Origin: Cyanidioschyzon merolae
Taxonomy: Eukaryota
Reading direction: 5' to 3' (one strand)
Length of the DNA stretch: 64,000 nt
Assembly (NCBI GenBank): GCA_000091205.1
Contig: AP006495.2
A program made the position numbers and the translations under genes. This document shows, in pieces, positions 7,899 through 18,994 of this stretch. Position 1 is the stretch's first letter; each line of letters begins with the position of its first letter. The notes beneath the pieces are model-generated. The model saw only the letters and a list, made by a program, of their open reading frames with translations. It did no database searches and was not told the DNA's origin.

Positions 7899-10523
7899 TT
7901 GGCGCATGTCCTAATTGTACACTATTGGATCGTTGTCTGCCACAGCATGCCGCCACGGCAACGACGTAAGCGCATGTTCCCGGTAGCGCCGATTCGGTGC
8001 CGCAGGTCTGTCTTGGTGCCTGCTGGTGCACTGGTCTCGCAGGCGCTTGTGTCTGCCGACGCGGGCTGCAGGCGACACCTCAACGCCTGGAGAGGCATCG
8101 TTGTAGCGGTGATCAACGACTACTCGTGGCTCGCAATAACGCGCAGCGTGTCCACTCTGGTTCGAATGCAATACCAGTACGACCTGGGGGGTTTCACGCG
8201 AGCGGAGCTGGATGCCTATGTTCGCGACGTGGGGAGGCGGTTCGTTTCTCAAGAGATGCAGCGGAAGCAGGCCAGCGGAAAGCTGGACCCGGCTGCAACG
8301 CCTGAGGATAACTGGTACGCTGACCTCTGGGCCTATCTCGCCGAGAACAATCTTCCGCGGGGAAAGTTACCCACGCTGGGCGGTGCCCCACTCGATCTCT
8401 ACAAACTTTTCGTGCTGATTATCCAGCGGGGCGGCTTGCAGAAGACGATCGACGCACGAGACTTTAAAAACGTTGCCAAGGAGTTGGCGCTACCACCGAC
8501 CTGCACAGCAGCAGCTTTCGCGCTGCGGCAGGCATACGAGCGTTTGGCCTACGTCTACGAACAAAAGTTCCTTTTTAATCGGGAGCCGCATGAAGCGCCG
8601 CCAATCCGCCAAGCAGTCAAGTCGAGTATGAGCTTTGTCCCACGACCCGGTGGCTCGGACGGCGCAACCCCGGAGGACAGTGTCTCTCGAATCGCATTTC
8701 GAGGCTTTGAGGGCGAGCAGGCTACCTCTCGCAGCTTGGTGCGTTTTGGTGGAGACGGACTGGTGTCGGGATCTCACGGAAACGCTACATCTGGTAGTGC
8801 AGCGGGCGCACCGTTGACTGCACCTCCAACGGGACAGCAGCACACCGTACGCGTGTCGAAACAGGTGCTACGAGATGCACTCATGGGCGCCGGGGGCCTC
8901 CTGCTGCCGTTCAGTGGTGTCAGTGTCCCGTACCGTGAACGGATCAAGCAAGAGGTGGCCGCAACCGAGTCGCCAAAGCGGCGACGCTCGGCACTGCGTG
9001 GAAACGGCCGATCCGTGGGGTCGCAACGAGGCCACTGGAAGGAGCGCGCACCGCCCTGGTTGCCATATTTTGCGGAGAATCTGAACAGCGAACGGGAGAA
9101 GCTCGTACTGAGCTTGCAGAGCGGTGTACGCGAGGAAGTTCGGTGGGCGCTGACAACGTTGAACGCGCTCTGCTCAGGAGCACCAGCGGGAACGAGCGTC
9201 TCCATCGGCGGGCGCTCTACATCAGGCCGACTGGAATTACGCTGCGCGCTCTACCCAGGCCTGTTGGACGCCTTAAATGATTTGCTGGACGCATATCTGG
9301 AGGATCTCGAACGAAGGCGGCAGTGGAGTTTGTCGATGCCCCAGGAGCTGCGCGAATGTCGTGGCGCACATCTGGCGGATTTGTCGGCATCGGCGTTGGA
9401 AACTTTGGAGCCAGGTGCCGGCAATAACGAGCGCGCTCTAGACACGCCTGAATCCAGTTTGCAAGGATATCGTGCAGGCCTCATGAACTGTCGCGACACA
9501 ATTGCCAAGGAACGAGCGCAATACAGTCTACTGGTAACCAATGCGCTGCGCAACATGAGCTTTACAACAGGGAATGAGATTGCTTTGGCGACGCATCCAG
9601 CATTGCGCTCGACAACGCTGCGCTTGCTCCGTCATCCGGACACACAGCCAGCATGCGTGGACGACTTGCTAGATATGTGGCTGAACATCGCCTCATCAGT
9701 AACGCTAGTTTCGCGAACCGACTGGGCCAACGCTGCTGGTAGTGGCGTTGCTGACATGAATACACTTCGAACGAATGCCGAGCACGCAGCGTCGGTCATT
9801 GTGAACGGAGTCGATGAAACTAGCAGGCCTGCAGCGCAGGTAGACGCTCCAGCGCCTAGCTCAGGTTGGCGCGAAAGCAATACCGTTCGGAGAGGCCTCG
9901 CGGTCACCGGTGACGCCCACAGCGCGCACTCGTCTCGAGTCGACGCCCTGGACACGATCATCGACTGGCTGGATGCCACACATCCGAATGCTTCTGTGCA
10001 GCGCCTGTGCAAGGCTGCGGAGATTGTGGCCCAGTTTGCGACTCGCTTGGAGAATGAGACAATTATGATTACCCGCTTTCCCGTTCTGCTACCGCGGCTC
10101 GTAGATATGGTTGCACCAGGCACAGGTACCCATCTTGCAAGCGTCCAGCTCAGCATGGCCGCACTGGACGCCCTAGCGAGCCTCTCGGCATTCGAATGGC
10201 AGGCACGCGAGCGTATTGCGCGCACACCGCGCCTGGTGCCTACCCTCGTCAGAGTTGTTGCGGCAGCGGTTGCACAACAAGAACCAGAGCTGCTACATCG
10301 TGCTGGGGTGCCGTCCCCCAGCGAAACATCACCCCGAGTCACTGCAACGATCGGTGCATCGCTATCCGCTCGAGCAGCGCTGGTATTGCTGAATCTGGCA
10401 GAGAACCCTCATAATCGCCGGCTGTTATTGCCCTATGAATTAGTTTTGGTGTATGGGGCCATGACGGACAAGGTCGCAGGCACTGCGCTGGCGTCGGTGC
10501 TTCATGAGCTGGTCGCTGACTAG
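7899..10523 (+). CDS. ARID (AT-rich interaction domain) protein with armadillo/HEAT-like C-terminal region. It is an ARID2/BAF-type chromatin-remodelling accessory subunit, 874 aa.
   Basis: ARID signature 'DNWYADLWAYLAENNLPRGKLPTLGGAPLDLYKLFVLIIQRGGLQKTIDARDFKNVAKELALP'. Long single ORF. Confidence 0.75.
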   Translation: MAHVLIVHYWIVVCHSMPPRQRRKRMFPVAPIRCRRSVLVPAGALVSQALVSADAGCRRHLNAWRGIVVAVINDYSWLAITRSVSTLVRMQYQYDLGGFTRAELDAYVRDVGRRFVSQEMQRKQASGKLDPAATPEDNWYADLWAYLAENNLPRGKLPTLGGAPLDLYKLFVLIIQRGGLQKTIDARDFKNVAKELALPPTCTAAAFALRQAYERLAYVYEQKFLFNREPHEAPPIRQAVKSSMSFVPRPGGSDGATPEDSVSRIAFRGFEGEQATSRSLVRFGGDGLVSGSHGNATSGSAAGAPLTAPPTGQQHTVRVSKQVLRDALMGAGGLLLPFSGVSVPYRERIKQEVAATESPKRRRSALRGNGRSVGSQRGHWKERAPPWLPYFAENLNSEREKLVLSLQSGVREEVRWALTTLNALCSGAPAGTSVSIGGRSTSGRLELRCALYPGLLDALNDLLDAYLEDLERRRQWSLSMPQELRECRGAHLADLSASALETLEPGAGNNERALDTPESSLQGYRAGLMNCRDTIAKERAQYSLLVTNALRNMSFTTGNEIALATHPALRSTTLRLLRHPDTQPACVDDLLDMWLNIASSVTLVSRTDWANAAGSGVADMNTLRTNAEHAASVIVNGVDETSRPAAQVDAPAPSSGWRESNTVRRGLAVTGDAHSAHSSRVDALDTIIDWLDATHPNASVQRLCKAAEIVAQFATRLENETIMITRFPVLLPRLVDMVAPGTGTHLASVQLSMAALDALASLSAFEWQARERIARTPRLVPTLVRVVAAAVAQQEPELLHRAGVPSPSETSPRVTATIGASLSARAALVLLNLAENPHNRRLLLPYELVLVYGAMTDKVAGTALASVLHELVAD

Positions 10524-11415
10524 GACACCCCAATGGCGTCGGTCGAGTCTGCCGTGGCAAAGGCGCCGCTGAAACCCAGTTCACAGAGAGGCACCGTGCG
10601 ATGCGTACGAGGTGTAATGTCTGACATTTCAAACTTCGAAACAGAGCACGCATCGTTCTACGCTATGGGAATGTGCATCTATATGCAGATCATTCACCCG
10701 AACGCTATGTATGGTGCGTTGCGCCCCGGGGAGCGCTTCGAGCGCCAGACTCACGTCCCGAACAGAGCGCAGGTCTCCGGAACGCTGAACAGTACAACGT
10801 ACCCCGGTTACGCGTGCTGGTCGGAAACCCGCGAAGCAGCAGCAGCAGCACCGTTCGCATCCACTGGGCGGAACACAGGCAGCAAACCTGATCGCACAGA
10901 CAAGTCGGCGAGTCGTTCGAGGTCGCCCCTGCACGTAAAGAGCTTCCCAGCGTTGCATGCTCCCCGTCTGTTTACCGCTTCGTGCACGTTATTTCTCGGA
11001 CCGGTCAGCGGTTTTCTAAAGCAGCTGTCGCAACAAAGTGCCAGGAAGACTCGCACAGGGAACCCGAATGCCGTCCGCTGCATCCGACATCCAAAGTGTG
11101 CACTGGCGACGAAGCCCCCGACAAGCGTCCAGCCAGCGCAGTAACCGCTGCGGAGGTCGCCCGCCGGCCCTGCAGGCACGATTGACAAGTCGTGGCTCAC
11201 CAGTCCCGCATCAAAAACCGACACGAAAGCCGAGCACTGAACGCCAGAATGTCCCAGAGCATGGACCCACGTATAGAATCAACTCGCCACCGAATACCTG
11301 CGAATGACAGGCGAAGCTCGCTGCTCGGGTCTGCGACTGCCATTTCGGGGGCGTGCCAGCAGGCGTTCACAGCGCCGGGCCCCGATGCTGGACTTGTCAT
11401 GTTTACCGCACATCC

Positions 11416-12345
11416 TCATGAACGCGTGGATGCGGCTTTGGATTCCATGGAACGTCGCGCTGAGCCGCTCGCTTTTCGAGATGTATGCAACGTGCTGCCG
11501 CGACCTGCCGTGCTTGAAGTCGCCTGGACCGCAACCATGGCGTGCTCGGGGGGTATCGGCTGGGCACCGACCAGATCCGGACCCGCAAAGGCCTCCGCCC
11601 TCTCCACTACCGAGTCGCGTTGGGCGTACAGTCGAGCCTGTTGCATCGATGCTGACAGCGGGTCGACACTCGTGGTCGATGGTCGCTCGCTGGCTCCAGC
11701 ATCACCGCGTCGTCGCGCTTTGACTCGCTCAAACTGCTCCATTTCCGCATCGAGCTGGGTGCGTCGTTCGCCCAGCTGCCAGGCATACGGAAACGGTTGT
11801 GATAGAGATGGATCGACTGGTAGATAATTCCCGTCGTTGTCGATTTCTTCGTAGTTCGTACCTGGTGGCAGGCATGTCGCCACCGCCTCCAAAAGCAACT
11901 GCGCAGTTCTCTCGTGTACGACGGGTTTTGGTGCTTGCTCAGCCACCGAGTCCACAGAGTCCAGACCAAGGTCCGTAAAAATACGAGCACCGGCCTCTAG
12001 ACAGCGCTCAAGCACTGGTAACCGCTCAGGTCTGTGGTTACAGATAAACAGCAGCTGCCACGCGTTCAGATCACCAGACTCGAGAAGCGGTCGCAGACGC
12101 TCCTGTAAGAGCAGCAAATGGTCGACCTGTTGAGCTGCAGGTGAAAAGTACTGCAAGCCGGAGCCAAAGTTCGCTACCGGGATGATCTCCTGGTCACACG
12201 CTCGCGGAACGTACGGTCGCGGCAGCGTTGTGACTCCCTTCACAACAGCGGCTACTCGCTGTGCCTGCTGCTCGTGCAACACTCGTATCATAGCACACAC
12301 CTCGGCGTCGCTCCATACTGCATACCATGGGTCGAGGACGCGCAT
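11416..12345 (-). CDS. Hypothetical protein, 309 aa. A Rossmann-like alpha/beta N-terminal half is followed by a low-complexity C-terminal tail.
   Basis: ORF only; no family recognised ('IPVANFGSGLQYFSPAAQQVDHLLLLQERLRPLLESGDLNAWQLLFICNHRPERLPVLERCLEAGARIF'). Confidence 0.35.
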   Translation of the reverse strand: MRVLDPWYAVWSDAEVCAMIRVLHEQQAQRVAAVVKGVTTLPRPYVPRACDQEIIPVANFGSGLQYFSPAAQQVDHLLLLQERLRPLLESGDLNAWQLLFICNHRPERLPVLERCLEAGARIFTDLGLDSVDSVAEQAPKPVVHERTAQLLLEAVATCLPPGTNYEEIDNDGNYLPVDPSLSQPFPYAWQLGERRTQLDAEMEQFERVKARRRGDAGASERPSTTSVDPLSASMQQARLYAQRDSVVERAEAFAGPDLVGAQPIPPEHAMVAVQATSSTAGRGSTLHTSRKASGSARRSMESKAASTRS

Positions 12346-12599
12346 CCGCTAGTTGCAGCTGTAGCAGCAGCGAATTCTGCAAGAAAAACAGCCTGCTGCG
12401 ACTTGTCGACGCGACGTACAGAGCCGGGCGTGTGGCTAGGGTCTCTCAAGTCGATGGGGTTCCATCCAGGTGCGGTGCATTGCAGCCGATCGACATCACC
12501 ATGCAATGTATTCTCTAGATGGTAGACGAATTGCCTGTAAGATATGTATGCTTTTCTGAATAGTGCACGGAGCACTGCATTTCTCTTTCAGGTCAGACG

Positions 12600-14650
12600 T
12601 AACGCTGTTCTGAGATGGACGAGGAACACCGAACGGAAAAAGGAGATACGTTCAGCGTCAAAAAAGGCGCTCTTGAAGTGAGCTTGCGGTCCATGGTAGA
12701 AAACGACCCAATGAGCAGTTTAGCGAAAGAAAAAGCGACGGTCGTAGCCGCCACGGGCGTCTCTGGCTCTCATCAGCTTGCTCGTATGGTTCCGAACACA
12801 CTCGGATAAAGTCGCAAGAAAGAGTCCGGGTTCACGCACGGCCATCTTGCATCGGAGTCGCAGCTATGACAAACAGTTCCTGGAACGTCGCGACGTGTAT
12901 GGAACACAGCGACATCGGTTTGTCTTTTTCAGTCGATGGGGCTTGCTCCGGACGAAACAGTCAGCGCTTGTTTGGGTATTCGCATAGCGGGGGCCCGTTA
13001 TACGTACGACCGATCTCGAAGAGAACGAGGATATCATTATCAGTTCTGGTTGTAGTGAATACAAGTTGCGGCCTTCGTTTCGCAAGTGGAGGACGCACAC
13101 ACACACACACATACACACATCAATGACTCCGTCAGCGCACTGAAGACCGTGTCCTGACGTCTGGCAACGTCCGTCTATTGGAGAACGTCGAATTTCGCCA
13201 TTCTCCCTACGTTCATGCTTTTGCCGATGCTGTCGGGATAGATCTGCATATCATTTCGCCGCAGGCTCCGTGGTTCAACCCCATCGAATCAGTATTTTTT
13301 ATGGTGAAACGGAATGATCGCTCCACTGGGCGAATAGCGGAAGCGTTCAGCACACGGTGACACACCCGGGCGCACGTCGTCTTTCTTGTGCAAGTCCTTC
13401 TCCAACCGGAAAGGTCGTCACCTAACGACATATACACGTGTATTCCATTTGAAGAAAGGAATATCCAAGGGAAAGGTATGGACGTGCGCGTCGAGGATCC
13501 TGGTGTGCCGTCATCACCAGGTAGAACAACAACCGAAAAACGAAGAAAATCCTCTTCTCGTCGATCATTGAGAGAGCGACGAAGAGCAGCTTACGACGAA
13601 GAAGAGGATGACCAGGAGAGATTGACGACAACAAACGTTTGCTCGACGTAACGATGACGAGACTGTAGTGGCAAAGCGAGCACGAGTTCGAGGACTCGCA
13701 GCAAAAGTGACTTTAGCCATCGTCAATGCACCCAGGGCGTTCGTGAACCGAGACTTGAACGCCGTCATCAATATCAGAAGATATGTGGTACTGAAGACGA
13801 AACCCGCGGAGCTGGCTTGATGTTATTTTATGGGGCAGCATCTCAGGCTCGAATTGTGCCTGGATGAATACTAGAACCGATAGAAGGCAGCCGGTCAAAA
13901 AATAGGCCGGGCGGCGTCTGCGAGTGAGTTTGTATTCACGCTCCATGGTCGTGAATCATTTCTCGTTCCACTGGCTTGTTGTTTTGAAGAATCAAGATGA
14001 TTCGCGACGCCCGCCAAAAAGGTGTATAACGTACCCCAAGTCACGAGCCAACGCTTACGCACGAGCCTCTACGCCTATCCATTCCATACATATGCAGTGG
14101 CCCAGTGATACATGCTTCAGGTTTTCGATCTCTCTGTTTCAAGGCGACTCGTGTGCGCAGCGATTCGTGCCACTGGTCTGAAGAGGAAACATAAAACGCG
14201 ATGCTTCCTTTTGACGACTCGTCCACAGGCAAATGCGGAACGGTCGCTGAACTTGTCAGGCCACGAAGCCGCTTCCGTGCGAAAGACCAATCCTGCTTTC
14301 GTTTCGAGCATAGGCGAAACGGCGCTTGACAACACCATGATAGCTCGCACAGCATAGACCGTGCGACGCCCTCATCTCTTCTGACTGCATGAAACTGGGA
14401 CTTCGACTCGGGCTTTCGTCATCGCAGCGATTGCGCCCAGTAGGGGAAGCGTAGAGAATTCGAGTTTGTTTGACTTTGTCTAGAGCCCGGATTTTCCTTT
14501 CGATCCTTGTTTCAGTATGAATGGGACTGCGCTCCACAAATCCATGATCCATTGGAACAGCATTCGCCTGCGTTTGCAGCGTACATCGTACTCGCTCATG
14601 GAATCGCCCAGAACACGCCAGTACTGGTAGGGTGCGGCATCGAGCGCGAA
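12600..14650 (+). mobile_element. Repeat-family copy c: decayed Fanzor/TnpB-like element with ~400 bp of degenerate N-terminal region, RuvC-I and RuvC-III motifs, plus a ~700-bp tail.
   Basis: The upstream region (12870-13180) is homologous to 35090-35400 of copy d ('ctgacgtctggcRacgtcc..ctattgga', 'cgRtttgtYtttYYcagtcgatgRg'). The tail is homologous to 6320-7010. Confidence 0.5.
13178..13790 (+). pseudogene. Fanzor/TnpB-like RuvC nuclease remnant, copy c. The RuvC-III motif is intact.
   Basis: 'FADAVGIDLHIISPQAPWFNPIESVFFMVKRNDRSTGRIAEA' (RuvC-I 'GIDL' at 13230-13250). '...RARVRGLAAKVTLAIVNAPRAFVNRDLNAVINIRRYVVLKTKP' at 13660-13800, where 'RDLNAVINI' is the D-x-NAA-x-NI RuvC-III motif. The two segments are in different frames and stop-interrupted. 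Confidence 0.55.
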
Positions 14651-16636
14651 ACCAGCAGGAAAACATCTGAGACAGCCTTCTGGTATCGCCAAGAGCATGT
14701 ACCGAGCGATGGAGCAAGTGTTCGCACGCCACAATGCGGCTTTCAGAGGAGCACGAGGCGTCGTTCGGGACGCACCGGAAAACCTGACTACCGGCAAGTG
14801 TACCTGCTTCGAGGGATGCACAGAGGCTGTTCACAGAGAAGATGCGCGTGCCTGGCGAAAGACTTCTAGATTGCAACTCCCACGTCTGCGAGGAATTTTT
14901 CTACGAGTTCTACTGCGGCGGCCTCGAGAATTCAACGCTGCTATGAGCATTCTTCGCCCGTCGACGACGGATCTGGAGGCATACAGCGGAACGGAGTCAT
15001 GAAAACCGGACACACGGGAAAGGCAATGGACGCTGTCGCAGAAAGACCGCGTAAAGGCTGGTACTGAATGGTCGTAAGAAAATATTCAATCCTGTCCGTT
15101 TACGCCCGTATTCGCGGACCTGGTTCATGTGCTTTCGCAATGGGTGTCACGAAGACTCGCCATGTCGTTTCAATCAATTCCTCACGATCAAGTAGGACGG
15201 ATGATCCTCGTCAGATTCTCCAGCTATGCAAGGACCGACGATAACCCTGCCGGTTGGCTCGTGAAATCCACGCCCGTGTCCAGATTCCACAAACACCAGA
15301 CTAGTATATATCAAGACCGATCCGTGAATCATTGGGGGCTCCTGGCCGACACAGAGCGCTCACGAGCCCACTGGATACGGCGGTGCCGACCTCGTTGTGC
15401 GGAAGCACGACCGCGTTCTTCGCCCCGCTACCGAATCCACAGACCTAATCGAATGCAAACGAAATGCTCACGAGCATCCAAATGACTTTTTCGAGTCTTT
15501 GACGGGCGATCGACACGGCTCCTGCTGCGCATCCCGGATCGATGCGGGGAGGTGCTGGGCAGCGAGCCTTGCAAAGGTTCGGGTTACCGGGGCGATAGAC
15601 TGCACCTCTTGCCTAGATGTTGCTGTGTTGCACCGTCTCCAGAACAAAGCTGACCTGCAGCATTGTTTATAATCTATCGATCGCTGGGTCTACCAGTAAC
15701 CCGGTCAGTTTCAAGACGCTCGTAGCGTTTCGCCTTCGACACGAGGCACACAGCCTCGTACGTTGTCGTACGGAAGCGCAGCAGCATCGACTTTCCGCAG
15801 CGACCGCCGACTGCTTTGTACCAGGATGACCACCACAGCTCCATTGCTTCAGCAGAACGCCTCGATAACGAGACTCGACTACTCGATATCGTCTATGGGC
15901 ATGGTGCATCGATTCGATAGCAAGAAAAGTCAGACGTTGGTTGAGATATCGACAGCGTCTGGTGTACCCGTGCATCCGGGTATGGCGTGCCTCGCACCCG
16001 CAGCGTATCATGCAGTACTCGTGCAATGCGTATTCGCTGGCACCTCAGCACTGAACGCGACTACGACACCTTTGCCTCTGCCTGGGGACACCCACGCTCG
16101 CTGATGGTCTAGAGTATAGCGTGAATCCAACCGAGCGCTCAGATTCAAGCGTAACAGCGACAGTGTTTCGGATGCGCTCCGGCGTGCGACGGGATGCACC
16201 GTGCAGGACGCAAGCGCAAGAGAAACGCATCCGTTCGCATGAAGTATCCGTTGGATGGATTGCTGTTCGCATTCATATCTCAATAGATGCATCGACGAAG
16301 GATCTGAGCGTAGTGCACGTTCGACGCGTACGTGCCGAGTCCCCGGGCAACCATGCACATGTTGGAAGAGTCGCTCGGATGCTGGGCAACCGGCACAAGC
16401 GCTGTGCGGCATTCGCTGTTAAGGAAGCGCGCCGTCCCAGCATATCTGCTCGCTGGTAGAGTATCACGCTCGCTAACTGGAAACGATCATGATCGACATA
16501 CCTATTCCGACTACTCGGTTCGCGATACTCTTCGGTATCGAGGCGCGCACGTTGCTTGGCAGAGCGTGCCTCGCGCGACGTCCACGAACGTTGCGTTTAT
16601 CGCGGGTGCTCGTGACGTCTCACTGACCTCGACAGA

Positions 16637-18283
16637 GTGCTGCTTCATTGTGAGCGGAGCGCTCAGGCTTTTCTGCCTTACATGGAGCTTGCCGTTTCCA
16701 GTGTGCATGGCACAGGGGAAGTCGGCCGGCAGCCGACTCCCTGGCGGGCACCTCGTACACACGCCAGCGCTTCGGGACGATCGGCACCAGACGCTGAGCC
16801 GCTGCCGCCTCTGGAACGGATCACCGAAAGAGATGCTCCCGCCACTGGACCAGGTCGAGAGCTCGGGACGAGTTGTTGGAGCGAACCTGGCTATGATGCT
16901 GTCTCTCCGCAACGCCTGGGCCTACCTCGACTGCCACCGCTCAAGGTCGCCTCGGCTTCGCAGTCGACTGTTGAGCAGTCTAGCCATACGCTAGTTGCTG
17001 CTTCCTCTAGGTCAACCCTGGCATATGGTAACGTGTTCCGCCAATCTGTGCACCCAGAGAGGACGTCAACCTGGAGTCGCACGCTTTCCAACGCTCTTGA
17101 GAAGCTGCTCGTTCCGCGGCAGCTGCAGAAGCAGCAGACTAGGACAACTGCACTGGCCGGCTCACTTGTGGGTATGCGTGGCACGCAGCCGGGCAAGATA
17201 GCACTTGCTGATGACTGGGTGCTCTTGGCGATCATCACTGGCGACGATGCGGTCTACTGTTATCGAATCGACCGGGAGCACGATACCTGGACGTGTACCG
17301 CAGTGCTGCGTACGCGCCTCGTGCGCTCCGTCACTTGTCTAGCGTTTCGCCCTTGCATGACACAGAGCTGGATGCTTGCTGCTGGTTGTGAACGTGGTGT
17401 AGCTCTGTGGACTGCTGATGCGCAGTCGGCCGGGGCTGCTGGTCCAGCACCACGCTCGGCAGAGACGGCACCGGCGTCTGTGGCACACGCACCGTTGTAC
17501 GTTTGCTTTCAGTTGTTGGAGACATGGGGGCATCATCATGTTTCCAGTGTCGCTTGGAGTGCAGACGGCCACATGCTCGCTTCGAGTACCTGCTCCGATA
17601 GTGCCGTCCTCGTGTGGCAAGTCGGAGCCGGCTCCTACCAAGCTCTCTATCGTATCCGGGGCGGCGTCGAGCATCTCTGTTGGAGTCCATCACTGGAAGA
17701 TGCCGGTGTCCTTTTGAGTATTGCTCATAGAGGAAGCGTGGTACGGATCTGGAGCACGAACCCGGATGGTGAATGGGTCAGTACCGCGTGGGATCGACCG
17801 CGCCTTGATCCAGATCTTCTGGCATGGCATGTGAAAGTGCAAGTCGGAAGAGACAGCCACAGACGACACTATCTCATCGGTGCGGATTTTACCAAGTCGC
17901 TGCTTTGGTGCTGGACGCTCGAGTTCCAGACGCATGCTTCGCTTCGACCACTTGCTACGTTCAGGATGCCGGGAGAACCACAAAAGCTGGCCTGGGATCC
18001 CACTGGTCAACGGCTTGCAATTAGTTTCAAGGAGCCGCTGCGTTTTCCGGTGCAGTCCAAAACGGGCGACCCTGATGCTGCGGACAGAGCACCTGTTGCG
18101 CTGTACGTCACCGAGATGGAGCCGACGGTACAGGTCAGCCTTACGGGTTTTGTTCGCGCACCTGAGTCGAATGCTCAAGTGATCGATTTGCGATGGCATC
18201 CGCAGGGCCCAAGGCGTGCGCTCGCGCTCCTCGTCATTAGCTGGAGCAATCAGCAGGTCACCTTCTATCCCTATGTTTTATAA
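16637..18283 (+). CDS. WD40-repeat protein, 548 aa. The start codon is uncertain.
   Basis: WD-type blades 'VTCLAFRP..LAAGCERGVALW', 'VSSVAWSADGHMLASSTCSDSAVLVWQV', 'HLCWSPS..LLSIAHRGSVVRIWS', 'QKLAWDPTGQRLAISF'. Confidence 0.65.
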   Translation: MLLHCERSAQAFLPYMELAVSSVHGTGEVGRQPTPWRAPRTHASASGRSAPDAEPLPPLERITERDAPATGPGRELGTSCWSEPGYDAVSPQRLGLPRLPPLKVASASQSTVEQSSHTLVAASSRSTLAYGNVFRQSVHPERTSTWSRTLSNALEKLLVPRQLQKQQTRTTALAGSLVGMRGTQPGKIALADDWVLLAIITGDDAVYCYRIDREHDTWTCTAVLRTRLVRSVTCLAFRPCMTQSWMLAAGCERGVALWTADAQSAGAAGPAPRSAETAPASVAHAPLYVCFQLLETWGHHHVSSVAWSADGHMLASSTCSDSAVLVWQVGAGSYQALYRIRGGVEHLCWSPSLEDAGVLLSIAHRGSVVRIWSTNPDGEWVSTAWDRPRLDPDLLAWHVKVQVGRDSHRRHYLIGADFTKSLLWCWTLEFQTHASLRPLATFRMPGEPQKLAWDPTGQRLAISFKEPLRFPVQSKTGDPDAADRAPVALYVTEMEPTVQVSLTGFVRAPESNAQVIDLRWHPQGPRRALALLVISWSNQQVTFYPYVL

Positions 18284-18994
18284 ATGCATCTAGAGAGTCG
18301 CTCAGTGAAAGATCAGATCGGTTGTATCCTTTGTCGCGAGGTACATCGCTCGGCTGTCGACCTGCACTTCAGTGCAGGGTCCGAGGAAAGCGCCACAGTT
18401 CGGCACTGGCGCGTATGGATGACCCATTCGGCAAGCCTGAATAAAGTATTCCAATAGAGCACCGCGAATGCTTGCCACGTAGCCAAGAACGTTACCAGTG
18501 GTGGTGATCATGGGCCACAAACATCGCACCAACAGGCACAGCGCTTTGCCTGCACGTGGAACAGCGCTACGCTCTCGGCATTCATCATCATCATGATCAT
18601 CAGTAGTAATAGTATTTGTAATATCGAGACACTCGGGTCGCAGATGCAGCTCTGTTTCCTTGGCCGTGCTCTGCGAGCCATTGAAATCGCATCGTCCAAG
18701 TTATGGCTCGCCAATTCCAGCGTTGTGACTGTTCACACACATCCGAACGGCAGCTGCATGTTCAGTGAGCAGCAAGGACGACGGCTGAACGTGCCTTCGC
18801 TGCCCAAGATCCCGATGCCTACAACAATACGAACACCACGGTACCGCTTACGTGCATCGTCTGTCGCGAGGCATTGGCAGATGCTGGGCAGAGCATCGCA
18901 GCATGGTATGAACAGGAAACTTGCGCCCCTGCCGCTTCTCCATCAATGGCGCGAGCCTCAAGGCAGCAACACATGCAATATACAAAACAAATTC

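Noticed and set aside
9632-10342. Long antisense ORFs inside confirmed genes, e.g. 9632-10342 (-), 2942-3451 (-), 36569-37243 (-), 6631-7437 (-), 29615-30124 (-).
   Set aside because: Typical GC-rich spurious frames. They are low-complexity or repeat-derived (poly-Q/N from TTG/GCT repeats, 31-aa repeats from the 93-bp satellite) and overlap well-supported genes on the other strand.
10533-11144. 203-aa ORF starting right after the ARID gene stop.
   Set aside because: It is low-complexity Ala/Ser/Arg-rich with no motif, and begins 10 bp after the preceding stop in another frame. It is probably 3'UTR or intergenic.
13230-13330. Reading 'ISPQAPWFNPIESVFF' as the third catalytic motif of a Tc1/mariner/IS630 DDE transposase ('SPDLNPIE').
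   Set aside because: The same segment begins with 'AVGIDLHI', and the paralogs align it to 'AVDGIDGNL'. Family-wide it behaves as the RuvC-I region of a TnpB-like protein. No other DDE motifs are present.
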